From Dehalococcoidia bacterium (GTDB taxonomy: Bacteria; Chloroflexota; Dehalococcoidia; Lucifugimonadales; JADFKI01), in the NCBI GenBank assembly GCA_963422525.1, contig OY730226.1, positions 1,624,524 to 1,688,523 on the forward strand: DNA of 64,000 nt. Direction: 5' to 3'. Positions 19,656-29,864 of this stretch are shown here, in pieces. The stretch's first letter is position 1; the number at the start of each line of letters is the position of its first letter. A program made the position numbers and the translations under genes. The notes beneath the pieces are model-generated. The model did no database searches. It had not been told where the DNA came from and saw only the letters and a list, made by a program, of their open reading frames with translations.

Positions 19656-21343
19656 GTAGAGCGCACCGCCATCAGGTCTTGGATTGTCAATTGAAGCTTC
19701 GGCCGGCCGCCCCATGTATCCAAGCCGATGGAGTACACGACATCAATGCCTCTGCGCGTCTCGTTGACCTTGTGGCCTAGATTGAAGGCGATGGCGTCGA
19801 GGGTCGTGCCACCCTGTGCTAGACGCAGCTTCAGATGCTGTCGATTTGCTCCGACCAAGCGCGCTTCCAATACTCGCACGCCCCTGGTCAGGAACACTGG
19901 CGCAGGATTGCCCTTGCCGAAGGGGGCAAGCGACTGGATGAATTGGAAGTTGCGCGGAGTGAAGACTGAAAGCTGCACTTCGCAGTCGATGTCGATGGAC
20001 GGGTTAAGCTCGCGGCCTTCCAGCTGTTTGGCGGCGACGCTATTAAGGTTCCGCTCAAGGCAGGGCAGGGAAGCGGTGGGGATCGTGAAGCCTGCGGCTT
20101 GCGGATGTCCGCCGTGGCGCTCGAAGAGATTGCGGCTTTCGTTAAGCGCGGCGATGATGTCGAACTCGGAGATGCTGCGGGCGCTGGCGCGGCTGGTGGG
20201 TTCGCCCAGCGATACCGCAATTGCAGGGCGATAATACGCTTCTGACAGCCGCCCAGCGATTAACCCAAGCACGCCGGGGATCCAGTCTTCGCTCTTTACG
20301 ATGAGGATTGGCGGTATGCCGTTTTGAGTGTCAATCTGCCGCTCTGCCTCGGCGACTGCGCGGCGGGTAATCTCCCGGCGTTCGCGGTTCTTGCCCTCAA
20401 TCTCGTCTGCCAATGAGCGCGCCTTGCTCATGCTATCAGTGATGAGCAGCTCCAGGCTGATGGCGGCGCTGCCCAGCCTGCCGGCTACATTCAGTCGCGG
20501 GATGATGCCAAATGAGAGGGATTCGGTATCAATGGCGCCTAGCTTCAAGTTTGCGCTGTCGGCAAGGGCGCGAATGCCGAGGTTCTGCGTTCCATTGATG
20601 CGCTCCAGACCGCGCTTGACGAGGAAGCGGTTTTCGCCAAACAGGGGACCTACATCCGCTACTGTGCCAAGCGCCACGAATTCCAGTAGGTGTTCGGGCC
20701 ACTCCAAATCAAGCGCGTCGTACAGCGCCTCGACGAGCTTGAAGGACATTCCCACACCGGTGAGTTCGCCAAACGGGTAGCGCGAGTCTGGATGCTTAGG
20801 GTTGATGAGGGCATGCGCGTCGGGCAATGTGGGCAGTACGCTGTGGTGGTCGGTGATGATGGTGTCGATACCTAATCGGGACGCCATATCCACCTCATCG
20901 ATTGAGGTTGCGCCGCAGTCCACCGTAATCAGCAAGGATACGCCGCCGTCGCGCAAGTGCGTTAGGGCGTCGGCGTTCAACCCATGCCCTTCGTCAACGC
21001 GGTTGGGGATGTAGGGCGTCACATTTGCGTCCAGCTCCCTTAGCGCGGTGGTTAGCAGGGCGGCTCCAGTGATGCCGTCGGCATCGAAGTCGCCAAAAAT
21101 GCCAATATGCTCATCATAGTCGAGCGCGCGCCGCAGCCTGGCGACGGCCTTGTCCATGTCGGGCAGCAGCGCAGGGTCGTTCAGCAGACGCCGGTCAGAA
21201 TTGAGAAAGAGTTCGGCGTCTTCGGGGGAGCGGATGCCACGGTTGTAGAGCAAGTGAGCGTGGAATGGTGGAATGCGCAGCTGCCTCGCAAAGCCAACCG
21301 TCGGAAACTCCCGCGTGAGCCAGAGTTTGGTGACTGCCTTCAT
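19640..21343 (-). CDS. recJ: single-stranded-DNA-specific exonuclease RecJ
   Basis: DHH motifs (IFGDFDADGITG, ITVDCG, IITDHH) and a DHHA1 domain (GGHPQAAG). Confidence 0.9.
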   Translation of the reverse strand: MKAVTKLWLTREFPTVGFARQLRIPPFHAHLLYNRGIRSPEDAELFLNSDRRLLNDPALLPDMDKAVARLRRALDYDEHIGIFGDFDADGITGAALLTTALRELDANVTPYIPNRVDEGHGLNADALTHLRDGGVSLLITVDCGATSIDEVDMASRLGIDTIITDHHSVLPTLPDAHALINPKHPDSRYPFGELTGVGMSFKLVEALYDALDLEWPEHLLEFVALGTVADVGPLFGENRFLVKRGLERINGTQNLGIRALADSANLKLGAIDTESLSFGIIPRLNVAGRLGSAAISLELLITDSMSKARSLADEIEGKNRERREITRRAVAEAERQIDTQNGIPPILIVKSEDWIPGVLGLIAGRLSEAYYRPAIAVSLGEPTSRASARSISEFDIIAALNESRNLFERHGGHPQAAGFTIPTASLPCLERNLNSVAAKQLEGRELNPSIDIDCEVQLSVFTPRNFQFIQSLAPFGKGNPAPVFLTRGVRVLEARLVGANRQHLKLRLAQGGTTLDAIAFNLGHKVNETRRGIDVVYSIGLDTWGGRPKLQLTIQDLMAVRSTYSSR

Positions 21344-21391
21344 TCTTTGCGTTTTGGTTTGGCAGTCGGCAGATGTGCGGCTGCGGTCATG

Positions 21392-22633
21392 CTAATCTTC
21401 ATATCGTTGGAAGGCGAGGGAGGCGTTGTGGCCGCCGAAGCCGAAGGAGTTACTGAGCGCCGCGCCAATGCGCCCACGACGCATTGCATTTGGCGTGTAG
21501 TTTAGGTCACATTCGGGATCGGCGTTTTGCAGGTTGATAGTTGGCGGTATCGTCTCTTCGGCGATGGCGAGCGAAGTGATTGCCGCTTCGAGCGCGCCAC
21601 TCGCGCCGAGTAGATGGCCTGTCATGGATTTGGTGGAACTTATGGGTATGTTGTATGCATCTTCGTCGAACACACCCTTCATAGCCATCGTCTCGTACTT
21701 ATCGTTCAGAGGAGTGGATGTGCCGTGCGCGTTCACATAGTCAATCTCTTCGGGCTGCAGCTTTGCCTTGTGAATTGCGATTTTCATCGCGCGGGCTGCG
21801 CCCTCGCCATGCGGGGCGGGCTGCGTGATGTGATTGGCGTCTGCAGTCGAGCCGTATCCGACGACCTCCGTTATGGGGGCTGCGCCGCGATCAATCGCAC
21901 TCTGCAAGGTCTCCATAATGAGGACAGCGCCGCCCTCGCCTATAACGAAGCCGTCCCGTTCGGCGTCGAATGGTCGTGAGGCGGCGGTAGGGTCGTTGTT
22001 GCGGGTGGAAAGCGCTTGGCAGGCGTTGAAGCCAGCGACGCCAATGGGGCAGATTGCTGCCTCGGAGCCGCCGGCAAGGACAACATCGGCGTCGCCTTCC
22101 TGCAATACTTCGAGGGCTTGTCCGATGGAGTCTGCTCCGCTGGAGCATGCGGATACGGTGGAGTAATTTGGTCCTCTTGCGCCGAGCATAATCGAAACTT
22201 GGCCCGATGCCATATCGGGCAGCATCATTGGCACCAAGAATGGGCTGATGCGCGAAGGGCCTCGTTCGTGGAGCACGCCGACCTGCTGGGACAGCGTGAT
22301 GATGCCGCCGATGCCGCTTGCAATCATGACCGACACGCGCTCGGTGTTGTCCGCATTTATGGTCAGCCCTGCGTGCTTGACGGCTTCGAGAGCGGCGGTG
22401 GCGGCAAGTTGCACGAAGCGGTCCATTCGCCGCGCCTCTTTCCTGCCCAGGATACCGTCAGGATCGAAGCCCTTCACCTCTGCCGCGATGGTGGTCTTGT
22501 AGTTTTCCGCGTCGAATGAGGCTATTGGGGCTACACCGGACTTGCCGGCAACAAGGCTGTTCCATGTGGATTGGCGGTCAAGGCCCAGTGGGCTGACCAT
22601 CCCAATCCCAGTTATTACGACTCGGTTCTTCAT
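21392..22633 (-). CDS. fabF: beta-ketoacyl-ACP synthase II
   Basis: MKNRVVITGIGMVSPLG, the active-site Cys context SACSSG, and HGTSTPLND / GHLLGASG. I placed the start at ATG 22633. Confidence 0.95.
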   Translation of the reverse strand: MKNRVVITGIGMVSPLGLDRQSTWNSLVAGKSGVAPIASFDAENYKTTIAAEVKGFDPDGILGRKEARRMDRFVQLAATAALEAVKHAGLTINADNTERVSVMIASGIGGIITLSQQVGVLHERGPSRISPFLVPMMLPDMASGQVSIMLGARGPNYSTVSACSSGADSIGQALEVLQEGDADVVLAGGSEAAICPIGVAGFNACQALSTRNNDPTAASRPFDAERDGFVIGEGGAVLIMETLQSAIDRGAAPITEVVGYGSTADANHITQPAPHGEGAARAMKIAIHKAKLQPEEIDYVNAHGTSTPLNDKYETMAMKGVFDEDAYNIPISSTKSMTGHLLGASGALEAAITSLAIAEETIPPTINLQNADPECDLNYTPNAMRRGRIGAALSNSFGFGGHNASLAFQRYED

Positions 22634-22734
22634 TAGAGACTGCTCCAGTTCGTGTCGGTATGCGCTAACAGGATGTTGCGCTTTGACTATATCAGTCAGC
22701 ACGCAATAATGATACTTTTCCGATGATTATGCCG

Positions 22735-23274
22735 TCAGGCGAGTGTGGCTTCCGCAAAATAGACTGCGACAAGCGCGTCCTGGAGCCTGCCTGCAGTGAG
22801 CGGAAAGCCGGTAATTTCTTCGTGGCGGGACGCTTCACCTCTGACTTTAGCGTAGAACATGCCGTCTGCATCAATGGCGAGATTGACCGACGCGCCGCAC
22901 CCGTCCGCCCATTTCAGCGACCATGAGCATTCGTACACGACGACTAATGCGGCAGTGTCCGTAATGTCGCTTAGCGCAGATGACAGTAAGGACACGCCGC
23001 GCGTAGTATCTAGTTCGCCACTGCCGCCGACAAGCTCAGAGTTCAGCTCGTCCAGCAACGGCAGTATCAGGTCGTCAACGCCGTCCGCTTCCATCCAGAG
23101 GCGTGTGAGCACTCCGGCATCGGCTGCACTCACGGGATAGTGTTCTGCGGCGCGGTTTATGAAGTCTAGCGCCTCCGCATGATAAGCGACCATACGGCGC
23201 GCGCGTTCCGTCCATGTAATCTGCCGGTTTGACTCGTCTGTGGAAGCGACCCAAGCGTCGTCGTTATCGAGCAT
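22735..23274 (-). CDS. hypothetical protein
   Basis: 179-aa ORF filling the fabF-mtaB gap. No motif recognised. Confidence 0.45.
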   Translation of the reverse strand: MLDNDDAWVASTDESNRQITWTERARRMVAYHAEALDFINRAAEHYPVSAADAGVLTRLWMEADGVDDLILPLLDELNSELVGGSGELDTTRGVSLLSSALSDITDTAALVVVYECSWSLKWADGCGASVNLAIDADGMFYAKVRGEASRHEEITGFPLTAGRLQDALVAVYFAEATLA

Positions 23275-23507
23275 TTCAGCGCTTGACCTCTAGGGCAGGG
23301 GGATGAGCGCGGGGGCTTTTCCGTTTGGGCAGTCGCGTCGCCGTCGAGCAGCGTATTTCTGCCTTTGCAAGGATGGTGAAAGACAACTTTCAGGTTGAAT
23401 GGATAGACGCCCACCACACGATTTGATTGACCATCGGCTTGCGCGGTTTCTATAATAGCATAACCCAGCAATAGCATAACCCAGCGCCGAGACATGCGAG
23501 CGGATGA

Positions 23508-24815
23508 ATGATACAGATAGACGAACGACAAGCCACATTTGCAATCGAGACGCACGGCTGCAAGCTCAACCAGGCGGACACGCTGGCGCTTGCGCGTGAG
23601 TTCTCCGAGGCGGGTCTGCGTCAGGTGGGCGACGATGAGCCGGCGGATGTGTACTTGGTGAACAGCTGCACGGTTACGCATGTTGCAGACAGGAAGGCGC
23701 GTCATTCGCTCCGAGCGGCGCGGCGACGCAATCCGGGCGCGACAATCGTCGCCACCGGCTGCTACGCCGAGCGCTCGCCTGATGCGTTGCGGGGCATGGA
23801 TGAGATAGACCTTGTGTTCGGCAATACGGATAAGGCGACGCTGGTGCGGCAGGTGGTGGAGTGGCGTGGTGAGCCGACAGTCCCATGCGCCATCGGCGAC
23901 GAAGATGCCTACATCAATCTGCGCGTTGGGCGAACGCGAGCGATGGTAAAGATACAAGAGGGCTGCAACCAGGTGTGCGCGTACTGCATCGTGCCAAGAG
24001 TGCGGGGTAGAGAGCGCAGCATACCAATCGAAGCGCTGGTCGGCGAGGTGCGGCGGCTGGTCGCAAGCGGATATAAAGAGGTGGCGCTGACTGGCACGCA
24101 GTTGGGCTCATACGGCTTCGACTTGGAGGAAGCGTCGCTCGCATCACTCATCGAGTGCATCCTAACGCAGACTGATGTCCGGCGGTTGCGGGTGTCGTCG
24201 CTCCAGCCAAAGGAGGTCAGCGACGAACTGCTGCGTTTGTGGGCGGATGCGCGGCTGTGTCCTCATTTCCACTTGCCTTTGCAGAGCGGCAGCGACGCCG
24301 TTCTGGGGCGGATGCGACGTCGATACACGAGCGCCGAGTATGCGGATACGGTGGAGCGGATACGCACTAAGGTAGCTTATGCCAGTGTAACGGCAGATGT
24401 CATCGTGGGCTTTCCTGGGGAGACGGACGCCGACTTCCGGGCGACATACGACTTTTGCGAGCGGATGGAGTTCGCAGATATGCATGTATTTCCATACTCG
24501 GTTCGACCGGGGACCAGCGCGGCGCATTACGGGGGACATCTGCCGCCGGCTGTGAAGAGCGAGCGGGTGCAGGCGCTGCTAGAGCTTGGGAAGGCGCAGA
24601 CGCGGCGGTTCAGGTTGGACAGGCTGGGCGCAATACGACCGACGCTCTGGGAGAGACGGGACGAGGATGAGGGCAAAGTAAGGTGGACGGGGCTGACGGA
24701 TAACTACATTCGCGTTAGGACTTATAGCAGCAGGGAACTGCTGAATGAGATTACCCCTGCGATGCTGACGGTGTTGCGGGACGGCGTAGTCTGGGCTGAT
24801 GTGAGCGGCAAATAA
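23508..24815 (+). CDS. mtaB: tRNA ms2t6A37 methylthiotransferase MtaB (radical SAM)
   Basis: UPF0004 N-domain (THGCKLNQAD...NSCTVT), radical-SAM CNQVCAYCIVP and a C-terminal TRAM-like region. Length and N-terminus fit MtaB better than MiaB or RimO. Confidence 0.85.
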   Translation: MIQIDERQATFAIETHGCKLNQADTLALAREFSEAGLRQVGDDEPADVYLVNSCTVTHVADRKARHSLRAARRRNPGATIVATGCYAERSPDALRGMDEIDLVFGNTDKATLVRQVVEWRGEPTVPCAIGDEDAYINLRVGRTRAMVKIQEGCNQVCAYCIVPRVRGRERSIPIEALVGEVRRLVASGYKEVALTGTQLGSYGFDLEEASLASLIECILTQTDVRRLRVSSLQPKEVSDELLRLWADARLCPHFHLPLQSGSDAVLGRMRRRYTSAEYADTVERIRTKVAYASVTADVIVGFPGETDADFRATYDFCERMEFADMHVFPYSVRPGTSAAHYGGHLPPAVKSERVQALLELGKAQTRRFRLDRLGAIRPTLWERRDEDEGKVRWTGLTDNYIRVRTYSSRELLNEITPAMLTVLRDGVVWADVSGK

Positions 24816-24824
24816 AAGGGTCGG

Positions 24825-25661
24825 CTACACGGCGGCGGGCAAGAGTTGAGTAATGCCGTTCTTCTGTCTGATGTAGCCCGCGGCCTGTTCGTGGGCGTGC
24901 CCGAATACGACCAACCAGCCGCCTTCAATCGCCATTTCGATTATCTCGCGCTTCTGCTTCAGCGTCTCGTTGGGGTATTCGTGCATCGCGGGGATGTAAG
25001 GGAGGGAGAGGTGGTACGGCGTGGGAATGAGGTCACTAACGAAAGCAATCTTCTCGCTGCCGCGCTCGACGAGCACTATTTGATGTCCCTCTGATACGCC
25101 GTTCGTAACCTTAACCTTCAGACCCGGAATGACCTCGTAGTCGTCCTCGACGAATTCAATCATCTCGCGTTCGGCAAGGGGCAGGAAGTCGTCCTCGTAG
25201 AAGGTGTCTCTGTAGCGCTCGTTGGGGGAGTTGGCCTCGTTCCAGCTGCTTTCCTGCACAAGATACCTTGCCTTGGGGAAAGTGGGCACGGGGCTGCCGG
25301 AGCGGTCGAGTTTGGTGGAGCCGCCGCAGTGGTCAAAGTGCAGGTTACTGAGTATCACGGCATCAACGTCTCGGGCGGTGATGCCAAGCGCTTTGAGTTC
25401 TTTGAGCAACTTGTTGCCGTTGAGCCGAATCATCTCTTTCATCTTGTCCTGGCGTTTAGAGCCAATGCCGGTGTTAACAAGGATGTTGAGATCGGGTGTC
25501 TGGATGATCATGCAGTTTAGAGCGAGGCGGATGCGGTTTCGCCGGTCAGGCTTGACCTGAAGCTCCCATTCGGTCTTTGGCACTTGACCGAACAAGCAGC
25601 CGCCATCCATTAGAAATGTGCCGTCGCTAACGATGTCGATTGTAGTTGTTCCAAGATTCAC
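24825..25661 (-). CDS. MBL-fold metallo-hydrolase
   Basis: The LSNLHFDHCGG motif. I placed the start at GTG 25661 (VNLGTTTIDIV), preceded by GGAGGG. The track start is 25703. Confidence 0.8.
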   Translation of the reverse strand: MNLGTTTIDIVSDGTFLMDGGCLFGQVPKTEWELQVKPDRRNRIRLALNCMIIQTPDLNILVNTGIGSKRQDKMKEMIRLNGNKLLKELKALGITARDVDAVILSNLHFDHCGGSTKLDRSGSPVPTFPKARYLVQESSWNEANSPNERYRDTFYEDDFLPLAEREMIEFVEDDYEVIPGLKVKVTNGVSEGHQIVLVERGSEKIAFVSDLIPTPYHLSLPYIPAMHEYPNETLKQKREIIEMAIEGGWLVVFGHAHEQAAGYIRQKNGITQLLPAAV

Positions 25662-25940
25662 AGTATCCCTCCGTGCATTAAAGTTATGCTTTTGCCTAAT
25701 CACAAGTCAATCAGAATGCATGTTATGTTTTAGGAAAAATCAAAGAAAAAGATGCGGGACTTTGCGTTTAATGAAACAATGTTCGCACGACACAATTCAG
25801 TTATTACGAATTTCGTAACGACCTTTGCGTAGCGACTTGCGACAATTGACGCCGCTGTTGCATAATCCTTGCGATTGAGTGCACGGAGAGGATTTTGCGG
25901 ATAGAACTGATAAGCGAAAACAGAGCGACGCTGCGGGCGG

Positions 25941-27227
25941 TCAGCCTTTGAGTTCGTCGATGGCGGATGCGAATGCGTCGAGGGTGTGCTGGATGTCGTC
26001 GGCAGTGTGGGCGAGGGAGATGTAGAACTTGGTGTCGCCCTTGAGGATGCCGCGCGCCAGCAGCAGATCGTTGAAGCGGGCAAGCATTTGCTTGTCAGCG
26101 AGCAGGGTGGAGCGGTAGTCGGTTATGTCGCTATCCGTAAAGAAGACGTCGAACAGTGGGGCTTCACCGATGACTTTGGCGGGTATCTCGGCTTCGTCAA
26201 GCATGCGCTGTAGTTCGTCTTTGAGGCGCTGGCCGGTGGCGAAGATGCGCTCATACGCGCCTTCGCGCCGCAGAATCTCTAGCGTCTTGATGCCTGCGGC
26301 GGCGGCGATAGGATTGCCGCTAAGCGTGCCTATCTGCGGCATGAAGGCGTTTGATTCGGTGGATGCGGCGTCAAAGTGGGTCATCAGCTCATCTTTGCCG
26401 GCGACAGCGGCGAGGGGAAATCCGCCAGCCATAACCTTGCCAAGCGAGCAGAGGTCAGGCTCCACGCCGTAGAACTCCTGCGCGCCGCCGTAAGCGAAGC
26501 GGTAGCCGGTTACGACTTCGTCGAATATCAGAGGGATGCCGTACTGTGCCGTTACCTCACGCAAGCCTTGTAGGAAGCCGGGCGCCGGCGGCAGTAGGCG
26601 CTGGAACGGCTCGACGATGACTGCGCCAAGCTCGTCATGGTGTGCTTCGATAGTGGCGGTGGCAGTCTCCAGGTCGTTGAAGGGCGCAATGAGAACTTCG
26701 TCCTGAATGGAGCGCGGGATGCCGGGGGAGTCGGGAGTGGGTCGAGGGAAGTCGCGCGGTTCGGCAGGAGACATGCTCATAAGGGCGTAGTCGTGCATGC
26801 CGTGGAAGCCGCCTTCGAACTTCAAAATCTTGTCGCGGCGGCGGTAAGCGCGAGCGGTACGCAGGGCGTAGAAGGTGGCTTCTGTGCCGCTGCTGGTGAA
26901 GCGCACCTTGTCGGCACAGGCGACGGAGCGAACAATCTCTTCGGCGAGCAAGATTGCCTTGTCATTGTTGGCGAAGAAGGTGGCGCCTTTGTCGAGCTGC
27001 TCGCGCACGGCATCAATGACTTCGGGATGGGCGTGGCCGATGAGCATGGGGCCGGAGCCTAGTAGGTAATCCACGTACTCATTGCCGCTGGCGTCGCGCA
27101 CTTTGCCGGCCTTGCCTTCGCTGATAACTATGTCTTTGGCGATGTTGCCGAGGCTGCCGCCGGGCATATATTGGTGTGCTTTGTGAATCAGTTCGGTTTC
27201 TGCCGGGGATATGGCGCGCTGTGGCAT
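25941..27227 (-). CDS. class-III (PLP) aminotransferase, glutamate-1-semialdehyde aminomutase-like family
   Basis: GSGPMLIGHAHPEV, SSGTEATFYALRTARAY, FEGGFHGMHD, DEVVTGYRF and LGKVMAGGFP. It is not clearly canonical HemL. Confidence 0.85.
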   Translation of the reverse strand: MPQRAISPAETELIHKAHQYMPGGSLGNIAKDIVISEGKAGKVRDASGNEYVDYLLGSGPMLIGHAHPEVIDAVREQLDKGATFFANNDKAILLAEEIVRSVACADKVRFTSSGTEATFYALRTARAYRRRDKILKFEGGFHGMHDYALMSMSPAEPRDFPRPTPDSPGIPRSIQDEVLIAPFNDLETATATIEAHHDELGAVIVEPFQRLLPPAPGFLQGLREVTAQYGIPLIFDEVVTGYRFAYGGAQEFYGVEPDLCSLGKVMAGGFPLAAVAGKDELMTHFDAASTESNAFMPQIGTLSGNPIAAAAGIKTLEILRREGAYERIFATGQRLKDELQRMLDEAEIPAKVIGEAPLFDVFFTDSDITDYRSTLLADKQMLARFNDLLLARGILKGDTKFYISLAHTADDIQHTLDAFASAIDELKG

Positions 27228-27354
27228 TGAATGGCTCCTTCTATTCTGGTGTCATGCAAGGATAGCAGAAGTGGGATGGGCTGGCATATAATTGCGGCTG
27301 AATGTGGTGGAATGTGATTCTGTAATCTGACCAAAACGGTAAGGAGGATAGCAG

Positions 27355-28866
27355 GTGAATATCAAAGTAGTCGCAGGGGATATAGCGCAGCAGGATGTTG
27401 AGGCAGTTGTGGTGAACTTGTTCGAGGGAGTTACGGCGCCGTGCGGTGCGACGGGAGCGGTTGACAGCGCGATGGGTGGGGCAATATCAACGCTCATAGC
27501 GGATGGGGAGATAAAGGGGAAACGCGGCGAACTGACGCTAATACACACTTTGGGGACGATAGCGCCGAAGCGAGTGCTGGTTGCGGGCTTGGGTAAGGCG
27601 GGGGCGTTCACGCTTGACGGGGTTCGGAGCGTGGCAGCCGAGAGCGCGCGCCATCTGAATGGCATCGGTGTGGAGTCGGCGGCTATGATTGTGCACGGCG
27701 CGGGCGTCGGCGGACTGGACGGTGAAACCGCCGCACAAGCGTTGGCAGAGGGTATAGTGATGGGGCTGTACAAATTTGACAAGTATAAGTCGAATTCTTC
27801 AGACGTCAGTCTGATCGACCTGTCGGTGGTGGAGTTCGAAGGCTCAAAGGTGGATGCTCTGCAGCAGGGAGTCGATGAGGGTTGTATCATCGGCGAGGCG
27901 GTGAACTTGTGTCGCGACATGGCTAACGAACCGGCGAACAATATGACGCCATCGGACATGGTGGAGCGGGCGCTTGAGGTAGGGCAGGGGCATGGTGTTG
28001 AGATAGAGGCGCTGGAGAGGGCGCGGATGGTTGAGCTAGGGATGGGTGCGCTGCTGGGTGTGGCGCAGGGGAGTGAGGAGCCACCAAAGTTCATCATCAT
28101 GCGGTACATGGGAGATGCCGACAATGAGGCGAACAACATTGGGCTGCTGGGCAAGGGCATTACCTTCGACAGCGGCGGTCTGGACATCAAAAACGCGGCG
28201 GGCATGTCAACGATGAAAGGGGATATGGCGGGTGGCGCGTCAGTGATAGCGGCGATGCAGGCAATAGCGCAGTTAAGGCCGAAGATAAATGTAACGGCTA
28301 TCGTGCCGGCGACTGAGAACATGCCATCTGGGACGGCGCAGCGTCCCGGGGATGTGGTGCGGGCGATGAACGGGAAGACGATAGAGATTGACAACACGGA
28401 CGCAGAAGGGAGGCTGGTTCTGGCGGACGCGATGGCATACGCGCGCTCCATCGGGCTTAATCGGCTGGTGGATGTGGCGACGCTGACAGGGGCGATGGCG
28501 GTTGCGCTGGGTGACCAATGCATGGGGGCGTTCGGGAACGATGAGAGGTTCACGGAACAGGTGGTTGGCGCGGCGAACGCGGTCGGTGAGCGCGCATGGC
28601 CGCTGCCGATGTACGACGAGTACAAGTCGCAGTACCGAAGCGACATCGCGGACATCAAGAACACGGGCGGGCGTGGCGCAGGCTCTATTACTGGTGCGCT
28701 GATTATTGGCGAGTTCAACGATGGCGCGCCATGGGTGCACCTGGACATAGCGGGCACTTCGCGGGCGCGTGTCAGCAAGGGCGCGACGGTGAAGGGCGCG
28801 ACGGGAGCGCCTGTGCGAACACTGGTGCGGTTGGTGCAGGACCTGGGTAGTTTGTCAGGGGATTAG
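27355..28866 (+). CDS. pepA: leucyl aminopeptidase (M17)
   Basis: The NTDAEGRLVLADA signature and GKGITFDSGG. GTG start with AAGGAGG upstream. Confidence 0.9.
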   Translation: MNIKVVAGDIAQQDVEAVVVNLFEGVTAPCGATGAVDSAMGGAISTLIADGEIKGKRGELTLIHTLGTIAPKRVLVAGLGKAGAFTLDGVRSVAAESARHLNGIGVESAAMIVHGAGVGGLDGETAAQALAEGIVMGLYKFDKYKSNSSDVSLIDLSVVEFEGSKVDALQQGVDEGCIIGEAVNLCRDMANEPANNMTPSDMVERALEVGQGHGVEIEALERARMVELGMGALLGVAQGSEEPPKFIIMRYMGDADNEANNIGLLGKGITFDSGGLDIKNAAGMSTMKGDMAGGASVIAAMQAIAQLRPKINVTAIVPATENMPSGTAQRPGDVVRAMNGKTIEIDNTDAEGRLVLADAMAYARSIGLNRLVDVATLTGAMAVALGDQCMGAFGNDERFTEQVVGAANAVGERAWPLPMYDEYKSQYRSDIADIKNTGGRGAGSITGALIIGEFNDGAPWVHLDIAGTSRARVSKGATVKGATGAPVRTLVRLVQDLGSLSGD

Positions 28867-28991
28867 CGATCAACGGATTAGCCGCAGGGAGTTTTTCCTT
28901 GTCATCAATTCTGTGGTGCAGCGACCGCCGAAAATCAGTTGACGGTTTTGCCTTTTCAACCCCGTCTTAGCCTTTGCTTAGGGGCGGTTGT

Positions 28992-29025
28992 ACCCTCATC
29001 CTAGCCTTCCCGTGTCGATAGGGAG
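28992..29025 (+). repeat. REP-like hairpin element (CCCTCATCCTAGCCTTCCC...GGGAG family)
   Basis: accctcatcctagccttcccgtgtcgatagggag. It shares the CATCCTAGCCTTCCCC...GGG core with seven other intergenic sites in this window. Confidence 0.6.
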
Positions 29026-29218
29026 TTGATTTTGCCGCCTAAAAGGCAATGCTATCTGGGGAGGAGGTTAGCGATTGTGAATTAGGAATTGGAAATTGAA
29101 CTGGGTTAGGGCGAGAAGAGAGAGTACGTTCATGGGTATGGTCAGTGGAGTAGTGGCCGTTGTGTGAGTAGGGTGGCTGTGATAGGATTCGCACTCAGTG
29201 AATGTGAGTGTGGGAACT

Positions 29219-29528
29219 TATGGCTACATCTCCGCGATGGACTTTTATAACGAATCACGGCCTTGTCCTGTCCTTCATTTTTCATAATCCGCGAAGTACG
29301 GCTCGGGAGATAGCTAACGATATTGGGGTTACCGAACGCACGACGCACAAGATAATTTCGGATTTGGAAATTGCAGGCTATATCGAGCGCCGTAAGAGCG
29401 GCCGCCGCAATTTGTACCGTGTGAACCCTTCACTGCCACTGCGTCACCACTCTAAGCAGGATGTGATGGTGGAGGAGCTGCTGGAGGCGCTGACGACGAA
29501 GAACGCTGATCACCTGCTTATCGGGTAG
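29219..29528 (+). CDS. winged helix-turn-helix transcriptional regulator (ArsR/MarR-like)
   Basis: STAREIANDIGVTERTTHKIISDLEIAGYIERRKSGRRNLYRV has the HTH-plus-wing pattern. I placed the start at ATG 29219. Confidence 0.7.
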
Positions 29529-29678
29529 TGAGTTTCTCCCCTTCAACATCCGCCATAACTGGCATCGATGGATAGGATGAAGCGCTGTTTGTTGCGCCCA
29601 TGTCTTTGGCGCCCACAGGATAGGCTCTAACCTTTCATTTTGATGGCGGCGGCAGGGACTTTGAGGCGGTGGGAATGG

Positions 29679-29708
29679 TTGACCTGTGCGGTGTTTGACT
29701 GCTAATAT
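29679..29708 (+). promoter_or_regulatory. candidate promoter of tRNA-His (TTGACC, 18-nt spacer, TAATAT)
   Basis: The -10 ends 10 nt before the tRNA 5' end. Confidence 0.5.
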
Positions 29709-29718
29709 TGGGTCGTGC

Positions 29719-29795
29719 GGTGAGTGTGGCCAAGCGGTTAAGGCGCCAGGTTGTGGCCCTGGAGATCGAGGGTTCAAATCCCTTCACTCACCCCA
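29719..29795 (+). tRNA. tRNA-His (anticodon GTG) with encoded G-1 and encoded CCA
   Basis: Hand fold. The acceptor stem GTGAGTG pairs with CACTCAC, with an extra 5' G opposite C73. The anticodon arm is CCAGG-TTGTGGC-CCTGG. The T-arm is GAGGG-TTCAAAT-CCCTT. The 3' end is CCA. Confidence 0.9.
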
Positions 29796-29864
29796 TTCTT
29801 ACCCTTACAATTCTTGTCTGCTGCGCCCTTTTGCGTGATTTTTGCTGAACGGAGTTTTTGCTTG

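Noticed and set aside
27252-28778. A 508-aa ORF on the minus strand, the longest unexplained ORF in the track.
   Set aside because: It is the exact antisense shadow of pepA, whose M17 signature NTDAEGRL is unambiguous. Its product is low-complexity and Ala/Ser/Pro-rich, as expected for shadow frames in GC-rich DNA. The same reasoning applies to 8536..9072, 23166..23957, 36872..37588, 47017..47701, 58171..58815 and 59428..60039.
29751-29864. An N-terminal extension of the MBL-hydrolase ORF in the track.
   Set aside because: It overlaps the 3' half of tRNA-His on the same strand. A GGAG-preceded ATG at 29865 gives a normal N-terminus.
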